Shown: in pieces, positions 36,661-46,147 of the stretch | Layout of the letters: each line of letters begins with the position of its first letter | How positions within the stretch are numbered: position 1 is the stretch's first letter | Source: an uncultured Chloroflexia bacterium | GTDB taxonomy: Bacteria; Chloroflexota; Anaerolineae; Promineifilales; Promineifilaceae | Direction: 5' to 3' | Assembly: GCA_963700725.1 (NCBI GenBank) | Contig: CAVOYS010000008.1 | Span: 513,047 to 577,046 of the forward strand | Length of the DNA: 64,000 nt | Notes under the pieces: model-generated | What the model was told of the DNA's origin: nothing | Database searches by the model: none | What the model saw: the letters and a program-made list of their open reading frames with translations, nothing else | Program-made: the position numbers and the translations under genes

Positions 36661-37896
36661 TTAATCAATATCGTTGTCAATTTCCTTAATCTGATCGATT
36701 AAATAGTTCCGAGCCCTTTCAAGCGCGGCCGCAACCTGCAACTCTGATGCTGCGCCACCAGTACCTTGGGCAAATTTCGCGCTTCCGCCCCCGCTTGGGG
36801 TTGCCAGTTCAGGTAATGCCAGGTCAAGCGCCTTCTCCATGTTTACCCGGATATTGTCTGCCGCAGCAAAAACGAGGTGGGACTTATTTCCGGCTATTCC
36901 AAGGAAGGCAACTGCGTTCCCCGTATTTACCACTTTTTTTGCCAAAATCCGAAGTTCGGCCGGGTCGCGGTTCTCAAATACTTTGTTGATAAGAACCACC
37001 GAGCCTATCGTATAACCGTTTTTAACAAGCTTGGCTGACTCCAGGGTTATTAACTCGTTTGACTGGCGCTTTATCTGCCGATTGGCCGTCTTGATCTGCT
37101 CGCGCAGGCGTCGCACTGAGTCGGGCAGGTCTCCGACAGCTGTCGTCAAGTCAGCCACTAACTGGCCTACTACTAGCGATTTATTTCTATAATCATCCAG
37201 TGCCCGTTGACCACATCGAAACTCAATCCGAAGTCCATTCGCTCGACGCTCAGTTTTTGTGATTTTAATCAGACCTACTTCGCCGGTTCTGGCTACATGC
37301 GTGCCACCACAAGCAGAGAGATCAAAGTCCTCAATTTCAACCAGGCGCAGATCGTCGCCGAATCTATCCGGTGTTTTCCTTAAAGGCAGGGACTGGGCCT
37401 CGCTCACGGAAACATACTTGATATGGACGCTCCGATCTTCCCACAGGATACGATTCGCCAACAATTCGGATTCGTCGATCACGCCTATTGGCAGTTGATT
37501 TGTCGCCAGATCTAAGGTGCTGGCTTCCTGGCCGAGATGAAAACTGATAGTTTCAATATCAGCAACACGAAGGAACGCTTGGGATAGGATATGCTGTCCT
37601 GAATGTTGTTGCATATGATCAAATCGCCGAGACCAATCGATTACTCCGACCACCTCAGTTTCCACCAGCTCTTCGGATAGAGTATGAACAATTTGATGGT
37701 CGGAATCTCGAAGCAAAACATCTGTCACCTGGACCTTTTGAATAGCGCCCAAATCGTTAGGTTGGCCTCCCGAAGAGGGATAGAAACAGGTAGCGTTCAA
37801 GATGACAGCGGGTTCACCATCTATCCACGTTTGTTCTACTACATTTGCTTTGAACCGTATACGGTAGGAGTCGTCGTAATATTGTCGAACAGTCAT
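36661..37896 (-). CDS. alaX: Alanyl-tRNA editing protein (AlaX-L type: tRNA_SAD editing domain plus DHHA1-like C-terminus)
   Basis: HSGQHILSQAF (HxxxH) and LSACGGTHV (CxxxH) zinc motifs of the AlaRS/ThrRS second additional domain. Confidence 0.8.
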   Translation of the reverse strand: MTVRQYYDDSYRIRFKANVVEQTWIDGEPAVILNATCFYPSSGGQPNDLGAIQKVQVTDVLLRDSDHQIVHTLSEELVETEVVGVIDWSRRFDHMQQHSGQHILSQAFLRVADIETISFHLGQEASTLDLATNQLPIGVIDESELLANRILWEDRSVHIKYVSVSEAQSLPLRKTPDRFGDDLRLVEIEDFDLSACGGTHVARTGEVGLIKITKTERRANGLRIEFRCGQRALDDYRNKSLVVGQLVADLTTAVGDLPDSVRRLREQIKTANRQIKRQSNELITLESAKLVKNGYTIGSVVLINKVFENRDPAELRILAKKVVNTGNAVAFLGIAGNKSHLVFAAADNIRVNMEKALDLALPELATPSGGGSAKFAQGTGGAASELQVAAALERARNYLIDQIKEIDNDID

Positions 37897-38027
37897 GATT
37901 ATTGGTTACTTACCAGACTTTGTCATGCCAGATTGTTCACAGGATGTGTATGGTCAAGAGCGATATGCAACTAAGCAGGAATTTCAGGAGAGATGCACGG
38001 TAGTATAGCACAGAGTCCTCGGCTATT

Positions 38028-38810
38028 CTAATGCGAGATTGCACTGGAATCGTCGAAATATTGGCGCATCAAGGCTAAATGTTTAGCACTATCGACATCC
38101 ATGGCTAGTTCCGCATCAGGCGAAACTATCACTTTAACGGGTTGCTGGAATACCTCTTTTGCCTTGCTTTCCATGTCGCTAATCGATACGCGATGCGCTA
38201 AGAACTTCAATAACGTTGGCGCACCGACAATCCGGGCTAATTTCCAGGCCTGTTTACGACCTGCGGCTATCATCTGTAATAGTTCGCGGTTGGCTTCTGC
38301 CATATCCGGCCGGGCAATGGCGAGATCACCGCCTGCAAGGTGGACATTGTCAAGATTGACGTAAGTGCGGCCTGAATTTGGAAAACGCTCTTCCATTACT
38401 TCCCGGGTCACCATGCAGTAATACCCGGCAAAATCAAGGGGCAAGCAACTGGCAACAAATCGATCAATAATCGGGCCCGTGATAGTTGGAATGTCAGATG
38501 TACAGAATAATGCGTGATGTGATCTCCGATTAGTCTGCATCAGCCACTCTGTGCCGGCAAGGGCGTTGGCAATCATGCTCCCTCTATCAGGTATAAAATC
38601 AATCGGGTAGCCCAAGCTCTTGGAATCGAACTTCTCGATACCAACGACGGCGATTTTTTCCACACTCTTTGCCTCGATCAAGGCCTCGATAACAAGCCCG
38701 ACCATGATTGTATGACCGATTCGAAGAAGTGCTTTAGGTTTTCCCTGGGTATAGGTATACAAAGAGTCGGCCGGACCGGGGATTCCACCGGCTAATAATA
38801 CACAGTCCAT
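38028..38810 (-). CDS. MobA-like (NTP_transf_3) nucleotidyltransferase
   Basis: MDCVLLAGGIPGPADSLY..GKPKALL N-terminal nucleotide-binding loop. The track's 55 extra N-terminal residues overlap the upstream protease gene. ATG 38810 lies 8 nt after that gene's stop. Confidence 0.6.
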   Translation of the reverse strand: MDCVLLAGGIPGPADSLYTYTQGKPKALLRIGHTIMVGLVIEALIEAKSVEKIAVVGIEKFDSKSLGYPIDFIPDRGSMIANALAGTEWLMQTNRRSHHALFCTSDIPTITGPIIDRFVASCLPLDFAGYYCMVTREVMEERFPNSGRTYVNLDNVHLAGGDLAIARPDMAEANRELLQMIAAGRKQAWKLARIVGAPTLLKFLAHRVSISDMESKAKEVFQQPVKVIVSPDAELAMDVDSAKHLALMRQYFDDSSAISH

Positions 38811-38818
38811 TCTTGATG

Positions 38819-40393
38819 TTACCCGTTTTCCTGATCGGAGGTTGGACTCCAGGCCGGTGCGAATATTGGCAGGTAAGTTTTTGGATTGATTACTAATTGG
38901 ATGGAACCAAGCCCATCTATTCGACCATATCCATAGGTATTGTTTGGCACCTGCATCCCGCTTATGCCGCCACACGTCTCCCCGGAAGTTTTTGGGATGG
39001 ACATCCTGGTTATGATTAACTCAAGCCTGTCAATATTATCAGCCAGTGAGGGATCAGCGGAAATAGCTAAGGCCGCTAGACCGGCAACATGTGGAGCAGC
39101 CATACTCGTACCACTCTTCGTTCCGTAGCTTCCACCTGGTAGAGTGGAATAGACATTCTGACCAGGAGCGACGACATCTGGCTTGATACTAGGAACACCA
39201 TCTACCGTCGCGGGACCAAGGCTACTAAAGCCAGCGATTACTTCGGCGGACGTGCTCGCGCCCACGGTGAAAGAAGCATCGTAGATCGCTGCTGGTGTAT
39301 TTATCGTCCCACATCTAGGATTGTTAAAACCATCATTCCCTGCTGCATGTACAGGTAAGATACCAGCCGCGCGTACGTTTTCCACAACTATTCGGAGTAT
39401 ATTAATATCTGTGCAACCCTCGGAGGGTGGGCAACTCCATGAATTATTAATTATATGGGGCGCCTTTGATGGATCAGGATTATTCCCGTCCTTGTCTGTG
39501 GGGGCGATAAACCATTCATAACAATCACTGTAGGTTTTTGGTGTTCCAGCACCCCGATCCATATTACGACAACCAATCCACTGGGCTCCTGGTGCAACCG
39601 AGAAATTTCTGCTCCCATCATTATTACCCACCATTATTCCCATTGTATGGGTTCCGTGGCCAAGATCGTCGCAGGGTTCGGCAGAATCGGGTCCACAGAC
39701 ACCGCCCCCTGCATGAATGGCATCATACCAATTGTAATCGTGGGTTACAGTTTGCCCGTCCCAACCACGATATTGTTCTTTAAGTGCTGGATGGGTCCAA
39801 TCGAAGCCCGTGTCCTGCCCGCCGATCACAACATCTTGCCCGGTGTAACCTAGGGCCCAAACCTCGGGTACGCGAATCTGCGAGATGTTCCACTCGGCCG
39901 TCTCTATCAATTGAATTTCTGATGCTATTTTGCCAGGTTTCGGGAGCTTCAATTCAATTCTTGGATTGGCGTATAAGTGAGCTACATCCTGACGCGACGC
40001 TAAATCCACCAGAAGATGGCTGTCCCCACTCACCCAAATCATATTGGCAACCCAATACGAGCGATAATGCGCATCCTGGCTACCTAGATACTCCAAAAGA
40101 GAGGTTTGGTCTTGTAAAGCAGCCTGAGTCAAACTGTTGAAGACATAGGCGCCTTTCTCGGCCTTGGTTGGCAGATAGTCCGCTTCAGTCAGATCGGCCT
40201 GATTTGCTAAGAAGACAATAAACTCGATCTGGCCATTATTATCCATCGAATCCAAAATTGACAGATCGATTTTGTTACTCAACATTGATTGGGATTCTTC
40301 GGCACTCAAGGTGGGTGAGCTCGCCGCACCACTGGCGAGTGCAAGGAAAATACCAAATAACAAGAAAATCTGGTGCTTAGACGCGATTGCCAT
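38819..40393 (-). CDS. Secreted subtilisin-like serine peptidase (S8 family) with propeptide
   Basis: Catalytic triad blocks VVIGGQDTGFDWTHPAL (D), HGTHTMG (H), SGTSMAAPHVAG (S). Signal LLFGIFLALASGAAS. Confidence 0.9.
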   Translation of the reverse strand: MAIASKHQIFLLFGIFLALASGAASSPTLSAEESQSMLSNKIDLSILDSMDNNGQIEFIVFLANQADLTEADYLPTKAEKGAYVFNSLTQAALQDQTSLLEYLGSQDAHYRSYWVANMIWVSGDSHLLVDLASRQDVAHLYANPRIELKLPKPGKIASEIQLIETAEWNISQIRVPEVWALGYTGQDVVIGGQDTGFDWTHPALKEQYRGWDGQTVTHDYNWYDAIHAGGGVCGPDSAEPCDDLGHGTHTMGIMVGNNDGSRNFSVAPGAQWIGCRNMDRGAGTPKTYSDCYEWFIAPTDKDGNNPDPSKAPHIINNSWSCPPSEGCTDINILRIVVENVRAAGILPVHAAGNDGFNNPRCGTINTPAAIYDASFTVGASTSAEVIAGFSSLGPATVDGVPSIKPDVVAPGQNVYSTLPGGSYGTKSGTSMAAPHVAGLAALAISADPSLADNIDRLELIITRMSIPKTSGETCGGISGMQVPNNTYGYGRIDGLGSIQLVINPKTYLPIFAPAWSPTSDQENG

Positions 40394-40417
40394 TCCTAAC
40401 CGGTAATTAATTCTAGC

Positions 40418-40864
40418 TTAGTCCAAATCAGAATCATTATTCTGATGATGTTCTGCTTTGACAGAAATGGCTATCCCGCCTCGTATGGAGAAGTCAGCGA
40501 CTACTTCACACCAGCGGGGATCGAGAGCTTCTACCAGGTCATCGAGAATGACGTTGGCAACATGTTCATGGAAGACCCCCTCGCTGCGAAACGACCAGAT
40601 ATACAGTTTTAGGGATTTTGACTCAACGATTCTCTGGTCGGGTATGTATTGGATGGTAATTTTCGCAAAATCGGGTTGACCGGTTGCAGGACAAATGCAT
40701 GTGAATTCATCGGTGGTGAGGGTAATAACATAATCCCGACCCGGGTGGCGGTTAGGAAATGTTTCCAATTGTTTGCTGGGCTGGCTCGAGCTGGTGCCAA
40801 GCAATGATAGTCCGGCTAGGTCGCTCTTTTGGGTCATATTGCCTGGATTATTAATCTGACTCAT
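40418..40864 (-). CDS. queF: NADPH-dependent 7-cyano-7-deazaguanine (preQ0) reductase, unimodular type
   Basis: TDEFTCICPATGQPDFAKITIQYIPDQRIVESKSLKLYIWSFR..GVFHE, the conserved Cys and QueF motif E(S/L)K(S/A)hK(L/Y)(Y/F/W). Confidence 0.9.
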   Translation of the reverse strand: MSQINNPGNMTQKSDLAGLSLLGTSSSQPSKQLETFPNRHPGRDYVITLTTDEFTCICPATGQPDFAKITIQYIPDQRIVESKSLKLYIWSFRSEGVFHEHVANVILDDLVEALDPRWCEVVADFSIRGGIAISVKAEHHQNNDSDLD

Positions 40865-40926
40865 TTACTATTCTCCGGTAAAGACGATGATTTGAGAGCT
40901 AACAGCGGTCCATGATGATCGGTGCT

Positions 40927-42768
40927 CTAACGAAACCAAAGTCGGAAGGGCATTATAAATTGAGGTCGCCCCGCATAGTTTCGCAGCAACTCGGCCGCAA
41001 AAAATTGTTCGATCTCTTCACTTGGTTCAATGGGTTCGGGCAAGGCATATCCCGATGATGTTTGATTGATATTCACCACCGGTATCTGATACGTTCCATT
41101 AACCGGCAAGCCCGCCATTTCAGCGGCCGTTTTAATCGCATCGACCAGGTCACCAAAACTATCCACCAATCCTCTTTCCTTTGCCTGGCGTCCGGTCCAA
41201 ATTCGCCCCTCGCAGACTGGGTCAAGATCCTCATAGGGAATATCCCGACCTGCTGCAACAATATGTTTGAATTGCTGGTAAAGGTTATGCAATTGCCCGT
41301 TTAATACCTCATGATCTTCAGGAGACAAATCCCTGATTTCATTATATAGTGATGCTCGCCGACCACGGCTTAAAGATATTCGATTGACATTTATCTTCTC
41401 ATAAAGCCCCTTCATATTGACACGTAGCGAGACGACGCCTATCGATCCTGTGATCGTTGCGGGTTGGCTCATGATGTGCTCGGCCGCGGCAGCGATGTAA
41501 TAGCCTCCGGATGCAGCAACATTGCCCATATAGGCCAATACCGGCTTCTTTTGAGCGATACTTCGAATCTGACGCCAAATTAAGTCTGATGCAAGAGGAG
41601 ATCCACCACCTGAATCAATATGAACAACGAGGGCTGCCATCCGCTGATCGCGTTCTACCCTCCGGAGCAGATTTGATACGGTCGCATCGCCCACGGAAGT
41701 TGCGCCAATAATCGGTAGAGGAATAGGGAGTTTAATAGGCGCTCGCCGGCTATGTCCCATATCAATCTGTCCCTCGAGCGAAATAACGCCGATATACTTA
41801 TTCACTGGTTTTCGCCATTCTTCAAGGAGAATGTTATGTGCGGAAGGCCAGGTGGCTATTTTGGCCTTCTCGGGATGGGTATTTTTTGCAGATTGGCTGT
41901 ATTCGCCATTGCCATTTGCCGGCCGAAATTCTTGCTTTTTGAATGAATCACCTAAGAGAAATGCAATTTCATCTTCATAGGCAAGATGATCAACAAGGCC
42001 TGCTTCAAGGGTTTCGTGGGCAGTAAACGGCGCCGAATCAATGAGTTCCCGGACTTTATCCTCCCCTAGAGAGCGTCCTCGGGCTATCGCAGTGACTATA
42101 ATGGCGAAGTTTTCATCGAGAATCCAATTGAGTTGCTCCTCCTGTTCAGGTGTAATTGTGGCCTGTCCGAAGGTGTCGAACGCCCCCTTGTAAGGAGAGA
42201 CCTGGAACACATCGATGGAAATACCAATTTTCGTCAGGGCGTCTTTGAGGAAGATGGCCTCCGCACTTAGACCCAGAACGTTAAATGTAACCGTTGGTGG
42301 TGTGATTATTCGGTCTGCTGCCGTAGCAACGAAGTAATGGCGCATATCTAGATGAGGAGTATAAACCACGCATTCTTTGTCGGCAGCTTTCAGCCGTTCC
42401 ATTGATCTTCGTAAATTCTCAAGCCTGGCTATTCCCCCAGGGAGATCTTGAAGAATGAAGATAACTCCTTTGATATTTGCCGCAGCGGCAATCCGCTCTA
42501 ACCGATGATTGAGTGCCTCGAGATTGAGAGGTTCAGGGGGGAGGGGTAGTTGTCGCAAGAGAAACCCCCTCGGCGGGCTGGCGCGCTCTGGTAAGGGACC
42601 ACTAATCGGCAAGACAATGTAATCTAATTGCAGGCGACGAAGCAGGCGGATCTTGTTTCGAACACCTACTCGCCATCTTGACAGGTGGTCGCGAACCGTT
42701 CGCCCTATCTGGGTTAACTCTAAAGAAAGTTCATTAAAAAAACCTATTTTTGGTGAGTCTTGAGTCAT
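40927..42768 (-). CDS. sppA: Signal peptide peptidase SppA, 67K type (two S49 domains)
   Basis: GNVAASGGYYIAAAAEHI and GSIGVV in the C-terminal domain; an N-terminal S49-like repeat is also present. I took ATG 42768 (MTQDSPK...); the track's TTG 42807 is also possible. Confidence 0.85.
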   Translation of the reverse strand: MTQDSPKIGFFNELSLELTQIGRTVRDHLSRWRVGVRNKIRLLRRLQLDYIVLPISGPLPERASPPRGFLLRQLPLPPEPLNLEALNHRLERIAAAANIKGVIFILQDLPGGIARLENLRRSMERLKAADKECVVYTPHLDMRHYFVATAADRIITPPTVTFNVLGLSAEAIFLKDALTKIGISIDVFQVSPYKGAFDTFGQATITPEQEEQLNWILDENFAIIVTAIARGRSLGEDKVRELIDSAPFTAHETLEAGLVDHLAYEDEIAFLLGDSFKKQEFRPANGNGEYSQSAKNTHPEKAKIATWPSAHNILLEEWRKPVNKYIGVISLEGQIDMGHSRRAPIKLPIPLPIIGATSVGDATVSNLLRRVERDQRMAALVVHIDSGGGSPLASDLIWRQIRSIAQKKPVLAYMGNVAASGGYYIAAAAEHIMSQPATITGSIGVVSLRVNMKGLYEKINVNRISLSRGRRASLYNEIRDLSPEDHEVLNGQLHNLYQQFKHIVAAGRDIPYEDLDPVCEGRIWTGRQAKERGLVDSFGDLVDAIKTAAEMAGLPVNGTYQIPVVNINQTSSGYALPEPIEPSEEIEQFFAAELLRNYAGRPQFIMPFRLWFR

Positions 42769-42946
42769 CTTCGCTTCAAATGATAAAGTACATGATGTAA
42801 TTCGCAAAGTTGTTGCCGGTATTTCTAATAGCAGAGGTATACAACCCGGCCGGAGCGATGGTGCTGATAAAATATCAGTGGCCTTAGAGGACGATTACCC
42901 TAATGCCTAGGGCTACCTCTGAAAATAAAAATAGTTAGGCTGGCAG

Positions 42947-42974
42947 TTGGAGTAGATTTTGCCTATGCTATAAT
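42947..42974 (+). promoter_or_regulatory. Sigma-70-type promoter for the TPP-riboswitch transcript
   Basis: TTGGAG-N16-TGCTATAAT (extended -10), positioned so transcription would start just before the riboswitch. Confidence 0.5.
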
Positions 42975-42980
42975 ACAAAG

Positions 42981-43086
42981 CTACGGAACAGAGACAGGGA
43001 GCTGGAGTGAGTCTGGCTGAGAGAGTGGTTTCAATCGCCACTGACCTGCGAACCTGAACCGGGTAATGCCGGCGTAGGAAATGCTC
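42981..43086 (+). promoter_or_regulatory. TPP (THI-box) riboswitch
   Basis: GGGAGC...GGCTGAGAG...ACCTGCGAACCTGAACCGGGTAATGCCGGCGTAGGAAA matches the conserved CUGAGA / ACCUGA / UAAUGCC.GCGUAGGGAA cores of the TPP aptamer. It lies upstream of thiamine genes. Confidence 0.85.
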
Positions 43087-43111
43087 AGAAGTCATCCCAC
43101 ATGACAGCTCG

Positions 43112-43146
43112 CAGCCACCCGGAGTCGGGATGGCTGTTTTTGTTTG
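43112..43146 (+). terminator. Riboswitch expression-platform terminator
   Basis: CAGCCACCCG-gagt-CGGGATGGCTG (one bulge) followed by TTTTTGTTTG, 40 nt before the ATG at 43185. Confidence 0.65.
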
Positions 43147-43184
43147 TTGACTGACTGATAAGCAAGATGGATAAATGAATTGCG

Positions 43185-43835
43185 ATGACCATTCTGATAT
43201 TTGCCAACGGGCTGATCGGTAATCTAGATTGGGTTCGACCTCTTATAACGGATGATTCTGTAATTATCGTCGCTGATGGTGGCGCGAAACACGTCGCTGA
43301 TCTAGGCCTTGAGCCAGATGTTGTCATAGGTGATTTTGACTCTATCTCACAAGAATTACTAGAGCAGCTAACCTCAAGCGGGGCATTGATAATCTCACAT
43401 TCTGAGCTTAAGGATGAAACCGATCTTGAACTAGCTTTGTTATATGCCATCAATCATTACGAAGGTGACATCAAAATCTTTGGCTCATTAGGGGGGCGGC
43501 TGGACCAGACTTTGGGTAACATATTTTTGTTAGCCCATCCCGCATTCAGAGACCAGCACATTGAACTCGTGGAACCTGGTCAGAGAGCATGGCTGATCAG
43601 TGGCGAATGCCAGATTGATGGCTCTATTGGGGATACATTGTCCCTTATACCTTTCGGTGAGGGCGCTCATATCAGCAGAACCACCGGACTGCAATGGGAG
43701 CTGATTGATGAAAGGTTAACATTTGGACCTGCCCGTGGGATCAGCAACGTCATGACTGCCAAGACAGTATCGGTAACTCTCGAATCAGGAAGATTGCTCT
43801 GTGTCCACATCCCAACTTATCAACCTTCGTCATGA
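43185..43835 (+). CDS. thiN: Thiamine pyrophosphokinase
   Basis: ILIFANG ... VIIVADGGAKHV ... PDVVIGDFDSI ... DETDLELAL ... GGRLDQTLGN, the TPK catalytic and thiamine-binding domain pattern. Confidence 0.85.
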   Translation: MTILIFANGLIGNLDWVRPLITDDSVIIVADGGAKHVADLGLEPDVVIGDFDSISQELLEQLTSSGALIISHSELKDETDLELALLYAINHYEGDIKIFGSLGGRLDQTLGNIFLLAHPAFRDQHIELVEPGQRAWLISGECQIDGSIGDTLSLIPFGEGAHISRTTGLQWELIDERLTFGPARGISNVMTAKTVSVTLESGRLLCVHIPTYQPSS

Positions 43836-43913
43836 AGGTTTTGTCGGGATAAAAGACCTGCTACAGGCCGGTAGAAAAGACAAAATAGAATCTGCCACTT
43901 TGTAGGTGAAAAG

Positions 43914-45011
43914 ATGATGAAATCTCTTGTTGGATATTTATTATTGGCGTTGTTGTTGGTTGGCTGTTCCAGTGAGACGCCGGCAGATACCGGAGGTGAG
44001 AAGAATATTGCAGGAAATGTTGGCCAATCAAAGCCCGACGAACTCGTCATCATGAGTCACGATAGTTTTGCCATAAGTGAAGAGGTTCTGGCAGAGTTCG
44101 AAGAGGCTAACAACGTGCGTCTTGTCTTATTGCCGGCCGGTGATGCTGGCGCTGCTCTAAACCAGGCGATTCTATCGAAGCAGGATCCCCTGGCGGATCT
44201 TTTTTTTGGGCTTGACAACACCTTCATGAGCCGCGCGTTGGCCGAAGGGATTTTTGAGGAATATGAATCACCCTTATTGGCGGAAGTGCCTGAAGCCTTG
44301 ATTCTTGATCAGACCTATCATTTAACCCCTGTTGACTACGGGGATGTCTGTTTGAACTTTGACCGGTTGTGGTTTGACGAGCGAGCAATTGAGCTACCCG
44401 ATTCATTGTTGGACTTGACCCTACCTGAATATAAGAACTTACTGGTGGTTGAGAATCCGGCTACGTCCAGTCCTGGGCTGGCATTTCTACTGGCAACGAT
44501 CGCTGAATTTGGTACCGATGACGATTATACCTATCTTGATTATTGGGCAGCATTGCGAGAAAACGGTGTCATGGTGGTCGACGGGTGGGAAGCTGCCTAC
44601 CATGGGCAATTTAGTGCCATAAGCGATGGTAGCAGGCCATTGGTCGTTTCTTATGCCAGCAGCCCTACGGCCGAAATTGTTTTCGCCAATCCCCCGATTG
44701 ATGAGCCCCCATCAGGTAGCATTACTGAACCGGGAACATGTTTCAGGCAGGTGGAGTTCGTCGGCATCGTTAAAGGGACATCGCAACGTCATAACGCAGA
44801 GAAGTTTGTTGATTTTATGCTAGGCAAAGTGTTTCAAGAAGACATACCACTACATATGTTTGTCTTCCCTGTCAATCAAAATGCGATCTTGCCTGAAGTA
44901 TTTATCGAATGGGCTTTAATTCCGGTAGAATTGGGCACTATCGATCCGGATAAAATTGATGCTAAGCGTGAGGAATGGATTCAATCATGGACTGAGGTAG
45001 TGCTGCGCTAA
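43914..45011 (+). CDS. thiB: Thiamine/TPP ABC-transporter substrate-binding lipoprotein
   Basis: Lipobox LLLVGCSS. It is collinear with E. coli TbpA as I recall it: HDSFA, DLFFGLDN, PVDYGDVCLNFD, NPATSSPGLAFLL, GWEAAY, LVVSYASSP, QVEFVGI, KFVDFML, REEWIQSW. Confidence 0.85.
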   Translation: MMKSLVGYLLLALLLVGCSSETPADTGGEKNIAGNVGQSKPDELVIMSHDSFAISEEVLAEFEEANNVRLVLLPAGDAGAALNQAILSKQDPLADLFFGLDNTFMSRALAEGIFEEYESPLLAEVPEALILDQTYHLTPVDYGDVCLNFDRLWFDERAIELPDSLLDLTLPEYKNLLVVENPATSSPGLAFLLATIAEFGTDDDYTYLDYWAALRENGVMVVDGWEAAYHGQFSAISDGSRPLVVSYASSPTAEIVFANPPIDEPPSGSITEPGTCFRQVEFVGIVKGTSQRHNAEKFVDFMLGKVFQEDIPLHMFVFPVNQNAILPEVFIEWALIPVELGTIDPDKIDAKREEWIQSWTEVVLR

Positions 45012-45016
45012 GGTAA

Positions 45017-46066
45017 TCAGCGTTCTTTATTGGCTCGAAGTTGGCCACAGCCGGCATTGATATCAATTCCCCGACGTTGTCTGATGGTGCTGGGAAGCCC
45101 GTAGTCAGCCAAGATGGCCTGAAAAGAACCCGTCGCGACTCGACTACTTGGATTCCCCCCATATCCATGGGTGAGGTTGAGGGGAATTAGATTGACATGA
45201 GCGTTCATATTCTGAAGTAATCTGCCAACGGCATGAGCTTGTTGTGGTGTGTCATTCTTTCCTTCAATGAGAGCCCATTCAAAAAACACACGTCGGTCAA
45301 GTTTGTCAATGTAATAGCGGCAGGCATTCATAATTTCGATCAGCGACCAATTCTTGCCAGTTGGGACTAGTTTGTTCCTCTCGTCATCGGTTGCTGCATG
45401 CAGGCTGACGGCGAGGTTGAACATCCGGTTTTCGTCGGCAATGCGCCGGATCATAGATGGGATACCGACCGTGCTTAGCGTAATGTATCGCGGTCCGATG
45501 CTCAATCCGTGATGCTCAGTCATGATTTCAATAGCCTTCATCGTGGCAGTATAATTGTGTAGCGGTTCACCCATACCCATTAATACCACGTTGCGCAATC
45601 TTTCGCCCCGCAAATCTAATTGACGAGCAATATGCAATAGCTGTCCCACAATCTCGCCCGCCCGTAAATGGCGAATGAAACCCATTTGACCGGTGGCGCA
45701 GAATACGCAACCCATCGCACAACCCACTTGTGTACTGATACATGCGGTCGCTCTTTTTGCATAATACATCAATACCGACTCAACAGTTTCTCCATCCCCT
45801 AACAAAAAAAGGTATTTTGTGGCCAGACCGTCGACACTCTGAACCTTGTACGAAACATCTAAGGTTGTTAAAGTGGCGTTGTTTAGCAGATGCTCCTTGA
45901 GGTCATCTCGGAGAATTGTTATTGTTTCAAAGCCACCGGCCAACTGTTTATACAACTGGTCCCAAAGAACTCCGGCGTGAAACTCGCTATATCCCCAGGA
46001 GTTCAGTAATGCCACGATCTCTGGGCGGGTCAGATCGTGCAAGTTGTGGATTGTTGTTTGGGTCAT
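45017..46066 (-). CDS. rlmN: 23S rRNA/tRNA adenine-C2 methyltransferase RlmN (radical SAM)
   Basis: CISTQVGCAMGCVFCATGQMG (CxxxCxxC) and C-terminal GIDINAGCGQL. ATG 46066 (MTQTTIHNL...) is preferred. The track's TTG 46093 lies inside the T-tract of the upstream terminator. Confidence 0.9.
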   Translation of the reverse strand: MTQTTIHNLHDLTRPEIVALLNSWGYSEFHAGVLWDQLYKQLAGGFETITILRDDLKEHLLNNATLTTLDVSYKVQSVDGLATKYLFLLGDGETVESVLMYYAKRATACISTQVGCAMGCVFCATGQMGFIRHLRAGEIVGQLLHIARQLDLRGERLRNVVLMGMGEPLHNYTATMKAIEIMTEHHGLSIGPRYITLSTVGIPSMIRRIADENRMFNLAVSLHAATDDERNKLVPTGKNWSLIEIMNACRYYIDKLDRRVFFEWALIEGKNDTPQQAHAVGRLLQNMNAHVNLIPLNLTHGYGGNPSSRVATGSFQAILADYGLPSTIRQRRGIDINAGCGQLRANKER

Positions 46067-46091
46067 CGACTTCAGGGGAATCAGGCTAGTC

Positions 46092-46118
46092 AAAAAAAGA
46101 CCCTCGCCTGGAGGGTCT
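46092..46118 (-). terminator. Rho-independent terminator after the DUF59 gene
   Basis: On the minus strand: AGACCCTC-caggc-GAGGGTCT followed by TTTTTT. Confidence 0.6.
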
Positions 46119-46147
46119 TAAATGGCCAGCCTGTAAATATATTCGCT

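Noticed and set aside
38811-38975. N-terminal 55 residues of track ORF 38028-38975
   Set aside because: They overlap the C-terminus of the S8 protease gene in another frame. The nucleotide-binding loop MDCVLLAGG starts at ATG 38810.
42913-43453. Minus-strand ORFs 42913-43095 and 43085-43453
   Set aside because: They are antisense to the TPP riboswitch and to the thiamine pyrophosphokinase gene, both of which have strong motif support.
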